A stretch of DNA of 49,242 nucleotides, taken from an uncultured Omnitrophica bacterium (lineage in GTDB: Bacteria; Omnitrophota; Gorgyraeia; JACQQV01). A program made the translations under genes and the position numbers. Positions 46,701 to 49,242 of this stretch are shown piece after piece. The stretch is from contig CAMTXH010000004.1 in NCBI GenBank assembly GCA_947085655.1, forward strand, positions 1 to 49,242, read 5' to 3'. Position 1 is the stretch's first letter. Each line of letters starts with the position of its first letter. The notes under the pieces are model-generated. The model searched no databases. It saw only the letters and a list, made by a program, of their open reading frames with translations, and had not been told where the DNA came from.

Positions 46701-47007
46701 CCGGACCGATTTTGTCCATGTGAAGCCGGAGAAAAAGGAAATCCAAAAACCGGACGCCGAGAAAATAAAAGAGGAAGGAAACGGCAATCTCGAGGCCTTT
46801 GACAACGGACAGTTGACCGCACAAGATGCCGTCGAGGAACGGCTGCATGTCCGCGAAGAGGCTCTCCTTCCCGCTTCCGGCATGGAAGACCAGATGTCCC
46901 AACTGATGGGGGATGCGCCATTCTGCTCGGAATGCGGTCACCTCACCGTCCGGAATGGCGCATGTTACAAATGCTTAAACTGCGGCAACTCGATGGGGTG
47001 TTCGTAA
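43789..47007 (+). CDS. nrdJ: Adenosylcobalamin-dependent (class II) ribonucleotide reductase
   Basis: FNSPVWFN, CSACFI, ASNPCSE, ACNLAS, IAPTGTIG, GAISKTVN, C-terminal CxxC...CxxC...GCS; GGAGGAG RBS. Confidence 0.96.
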   Translation: MSDKLALKEKISSKKPAAHQPTPIKGRKTTSPGLSLSRKFTRPGVNPLEEVKYVKRSSVIANPDGSVVFEMKEVEVPDFWSQLATDIAASKYFRKCGVPEVGRETSVRQLVHRVAHTLRLGGEWLGGYFKTKEDAETFEAELAHLLLHQKGAFNSPVWFNCGLWHSYQITGSGGNWVWNPKSGQIEETKDSYSRPQCSACFIQSVEDDLMSIFNLVKSEAKLFKFGSGTGSNFSRLRGKQEKLSGGGTSSGLMSFLEVLDKGAGATKSGGTTRRAAKMVCLDMDHPEIVDFINWKVREEKKAKALIEAGYPADFNGEAYKTISGQNSNNSVRVTDAFMEAVQKGDKWETRFRTTGEVCETFEARNLFRQISEAAWNCADPGIQYDTTINNWHKTPNTDRIYASNPCSEFMYMDDTACNLASINLMKFLREDGSFDIEGYRHACRIFIIAQEIIVDFASYPTKKIAQNSHDYRPLGLGYANLGTLLMVSSIPYDSDRARAISEALTAIMCGQAYRTSAEIAFQKGPFPGFAKNREPMLKVIGMHRECAYRINPSACPEELLKAARQDWDEALRLGKQHGYRNAQTTVIAPTGTIGLLMDCDTTGVEPDFALVKFKKLAGGGYFKIVNQSVPKALQRLHYSDEEIRDILTYVNGTLTLEKAPYVNSQTLKAKGLTDEDLNKIEKTLPSVFELPYAFTVWTLGETTMKRLGVPSETYNRFDFNLLKYLGFSLEQIEAANQVICGRMTVEEAPHLREEHLPVFDCANRCGKYGKRYIAPMGHVKMMASVQKFICGAISKTVNLPSHATVEDIEQIYVEGWKLGLKAIALYRDGCKSSQPLNTSGESLKDETKKEPKGEPFSPQRKRLPKKRSGWTQEAKVGGHKIYLRTGEYEDGKLGEIFVDMHKEGATLRSIMNCFAIAVSLGLQYGVPLEEYVNIFTHQKFEPQGPVDHPNIKHATSIVDFMFRLLAMEYLDRTDFVHVKPEKKEIQKPDAEKIKEEGNGNLEAFDNGQLTAQDAVEERLHVREEALLPASGMEDQMSQLMGDAPFCSECGHLTVRNGACYKCLNCGNSMGCS

Positions 47008-47249
47008 TGGACACAGAAGATAAATTGAATGCCGTGTCTTAAGGAGATAGATGCAGAAAAGCGCTGTTTTCAAGAACGATTTTTTAAAGTATCTTACCAG
47101 GAAATAGAGCCTACTTTTCTCCATATTCAAAGTTTAGAAGAGAGATTCTTTTACCTCTACATAAAGAGTGGATCTGCCACTTCTACAACTCAGTAAGGTC
47201 AACGAGACCTAAGACCGAGTAGAAATAGCGGGTGTCGGAGGCGCCAGGG

Positions 47250-47342
47250 GCCGAGGGGTGACACGACCTAGGGCTCCCAAATACGCCTGCAGGCGAAAGC
47301 CGAAGCCGAATTTGGGATAAGGTCATGGCAGGACCCCGAGGC
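47250..47342 (+). ncRNA. Conserved structured element (putative RNA), copy 2
   Basis: Homologous to 5153-5240(-); additional outer stem gcgggt(47228-47233)/acccgc(47369-47374). Confidence 0.6.
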
Positions 47343-47534
47343 GAAAAGCACCCGAGTACCGAGATGGGACCCGCCAGCCCCAAAAAATTTTTTAAAATAA
47401 TTGCAAGAAATCACCGAGTTTTTACGTCATGTATATATGAAGACCATAAAATCTTCGCCTTTCAAAAGGAGGAAGATTTGTTTGAAGAGAGCGATAACTT
47501 CTGGTATGATAGAAAGATAGAGTACATTGACCTT

Positions 47535-48509
47535 ATGAAAAAGGGGGAGGAAAACAACAAAACTCACATATTTTGTAAGAGTTGCGAAAATATGTCGGAG
47601 GTCTCTCCTGATTCAATATCTCTTATCGTTACCTCCCCGCCCTATTGGAACGCAATTGACTACGACCAACACACACAAGATCCTTCAAAATGGTTCAGGA
47701 CACGCAAAGGTTCAGAATACGAGGGGTATCTTGACTGGCTCAAGGCCTGCTTTAGCGAATGTTTCAGAGTCTTGAAGCCTGCCGGTTTTTGTGCCGTTGT
47801 AATCGGCACGGTTCTTTTCAACAAAAGACACTACCCTCTACCTCATCATTTTATATCACTCATGGAAAAAATTGGATACGAATTTCACCAAGACATCATT
47901 TGGTCCAAAGTTACGGGTGGCGTGAAAAGAGCAGGTGTTACTATTCAGTCTCCTTATCCGGGATACTATTATCCGAACATTATGACAGAATACATTTTAA
48001 TTTTTAGAAGACCTTCTAAAGACAGTTGTTACAACGGACGGACTCAAAAAGAGAGGGATGAGAATAAAATTCCGATCGACGATCTATTCAAAAAAGAAGT
48101 AGCGAATAACATCTGGCATATCGCCCCTGTTCCTCCAAATCAGTATAATCACCCCTGTCCTTTCCCGGAAGAAATTCCGTTTCGGCTTATTTCGTTATTC
48201 ACTTATAAGGGAGATGCTGTATTAGATCCTTTTCTTGGAATAGGGTCGACGACAAAAGTCGCAAGGTGGCTTGAGAGAGATTATTACGGCTATGAGATTA
48301 AAGAGGAGTATGTAAGAATTGCGAAAAAACGCTTGAGTGAGCCTTTGAAATTGAGAGATCAGCTCATCGCTGAATATTCAAAATTAAATATAAACAAATC
48401 ATTGAGAATTCCACAAAAACTATTTGATGACATGCTTATAGCAGCCTCCCGCCAAACAACAAGATCGCACCAGAAACACGATCTTGCCCCGCAAGCGACG
48501 CCTAAATAG
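47535..48509 (+). CDS. Beta-class amino-DNA methyltransferase (probably m4C)
   Basis: TSPPY near the N-terminus, HPCPFP, VLDPFLGIGST, GYEI; likely start ATG 47535 because the longer ORF starts inside the structured element. Confidence 0.9.
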   Translation: MKKGEENNKTHIFCKSCENMSEVSPDSISLIVTSPPYWNAIDYDQHTQDPSKWFRTRKGSEYEGYLDWLKACFSECFRVLKPAGFCAVVIGTVLFNKRHYPLPHHFISLMEKIGYEFHQDIIWSKVTGGVKRAGVTIQSPYPGYYYPNIMTEYILIFRRPSKDSCYNGRTQKERDENKIPIDDLFKKEVANNIWHIAPVPPNQYNHPCPFPEEIPFRLISLFTYKGDAVLDPFLGIGSTTKVARWLERDYYGYEIKEEYVRIAKKRLSEPLKLRDQLIAEYSKLNINKSLRIPQKLFDDMLIAASRQTTRSHQKHDLAPQATPK

Positions 48510-48519
48510 GTTGGTTTAT

Positions 48520-49158
48520 TTACTCTAGTACGCGACGCCAATCTACAAATTTTTTGAGGATCCGAAACTGAATTCTACCAAGAATCTCTTTTGCAATCGC
48601 TTCGCTGGCCACTTTCGTCTTCTCGATATCGGCAGATTTGGGTGGAACGCGACAAGGTATGAGGTATTGTGGATTTTCTCTGAGAAAGTCGTCGAGAGGA
48701 GCACGTTTTAATACAAGTGCATCACCCATTGACGTTGTAGCACCTCTCAAAAGTTTTGGGTCAGCATAAGCAATTCCCACGTTAGACAAGATAAAGAGGG
48801 TAGACTCAGACCAAGTTCGAGTTGTGCTTTCACCTAAAGAATTAATGAGTCGAATAGCATCGCGCTTCCCTGTAAATGATCCCTTTACCGAAAAGCCTTC
48901 AACAAATGGTACCTGGATGTCGATACGAGGATTGTGAACACCGACATTCTTTGCTTCTATCCCAGCTGCGCGCATTGCGGCACCTAAAATATGTTCACAT
49001 GCTCCCCCCACAACAAATCTATTTTCATGAACGGTTGTGTCGTACTCCGATAAAAGAATCCCCAATGCTTCCTCTACCTCTTTTTGTAAGGTAGCATCAT
49101 TTTCTAATTTCTGCTTGAAGTTTTTGAAGATTTCGCGTTCACGCTTATATTTAGTCAT
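48520..49158 (-). CDS. Putative type II restriction endonuclease (PD-(D/E)xK-like)
   Basis: Convergent with the MTase; 212 aa; E...RID-x9-SVK arrangement; AT-richer; no family recognised. Confidence 0.55.
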   Translation of the reverse strand: MTKYKREREIFKNFKQKLENDATLQKEVEEALGILLSEYDTTVHENRFVVGGACEHILGAAMRAAGIEAKNVGVHNPRIDIQVPFVEGFSVKGSFTGKRDAIRLINSLGESTTRTWSESTLFILSNVGIAYADPKLLRGATTSMGDALVLKRAPLDDFLRENPQYLIPCRVPPKSADIEKTKVASEAIAKEILGRIQFRILKKFVDWRRVLE

Positions 49159-49242
49159 ATTTCTCTCTTCATACAAGATGATAGGACAACATAATATCAC
49201 AAAGACGCCCTATCAGCAAGATGGCAAGTACCCTACAAATGC

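Noticed and set aside
43789-47007. Intein or intron in nrdJ
   Set aside because: Continuous ORF with no splice-junction or homing endonuclease motifs; the length is explained by the usual insert and C-terminal domains
47228-47374. SRP RNA or tRNA
   Set aside because: Lacks the SRP CAGG..GGAA..AGCA core and any cloverleaf/T-loop; a homolog inside an operon junction argues against a single-copy housekeeping RNA

Overview
Chromosomal window from an unidentified, moderately GC-rich bacterium, dominated by energy metabolism. Two complex I (nuo) operons diverge head-to-head. The left one (minus strand) is nuoA-B-C-D-[E/F fusion]-G-H-X-I and has no nuoJKLMN. The right one (plus strand) is nuoA-B-C-D-I-H-J-K-L-M1-M2-N and has no nuoEFG. 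It is a '2M' complex, with a visible ~26-aa duplication in the NuoL amphipathic helix. Between the operons lie an FNR-like flavoprotein, a small GIY-YIG nuclease gene enclosed by ~70-bp hairpin-containing inverted repeats, and an ArsB/NhaD-type transporter. A long minus-strand block follows: TPR protein, queG, peroxiredoxin, queF, ilvD, mqnD, sdhCDAB, DUF502, APC-USP, MBL hydrolase, 2-oxoacid:ferredoxin oxidoreductase, tandem-domain thyX, Xaa-Pro peptidase, fabH and a ferredoxin pseudogene. The window ends with an NrdR-boxed class II ribonucleotide reductase and an AT-richer methyltransferase/putative restriction endonuclease pair. Intergenic gaps carry several families of palindromic elements, including a two-copy ~90-nt structured element with compensatory base changes. 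A 54-aa zinc-finger ORF missed by the ORF track is at the left edge. All calls come from manual motif reading; no database searches or folding programs were run.
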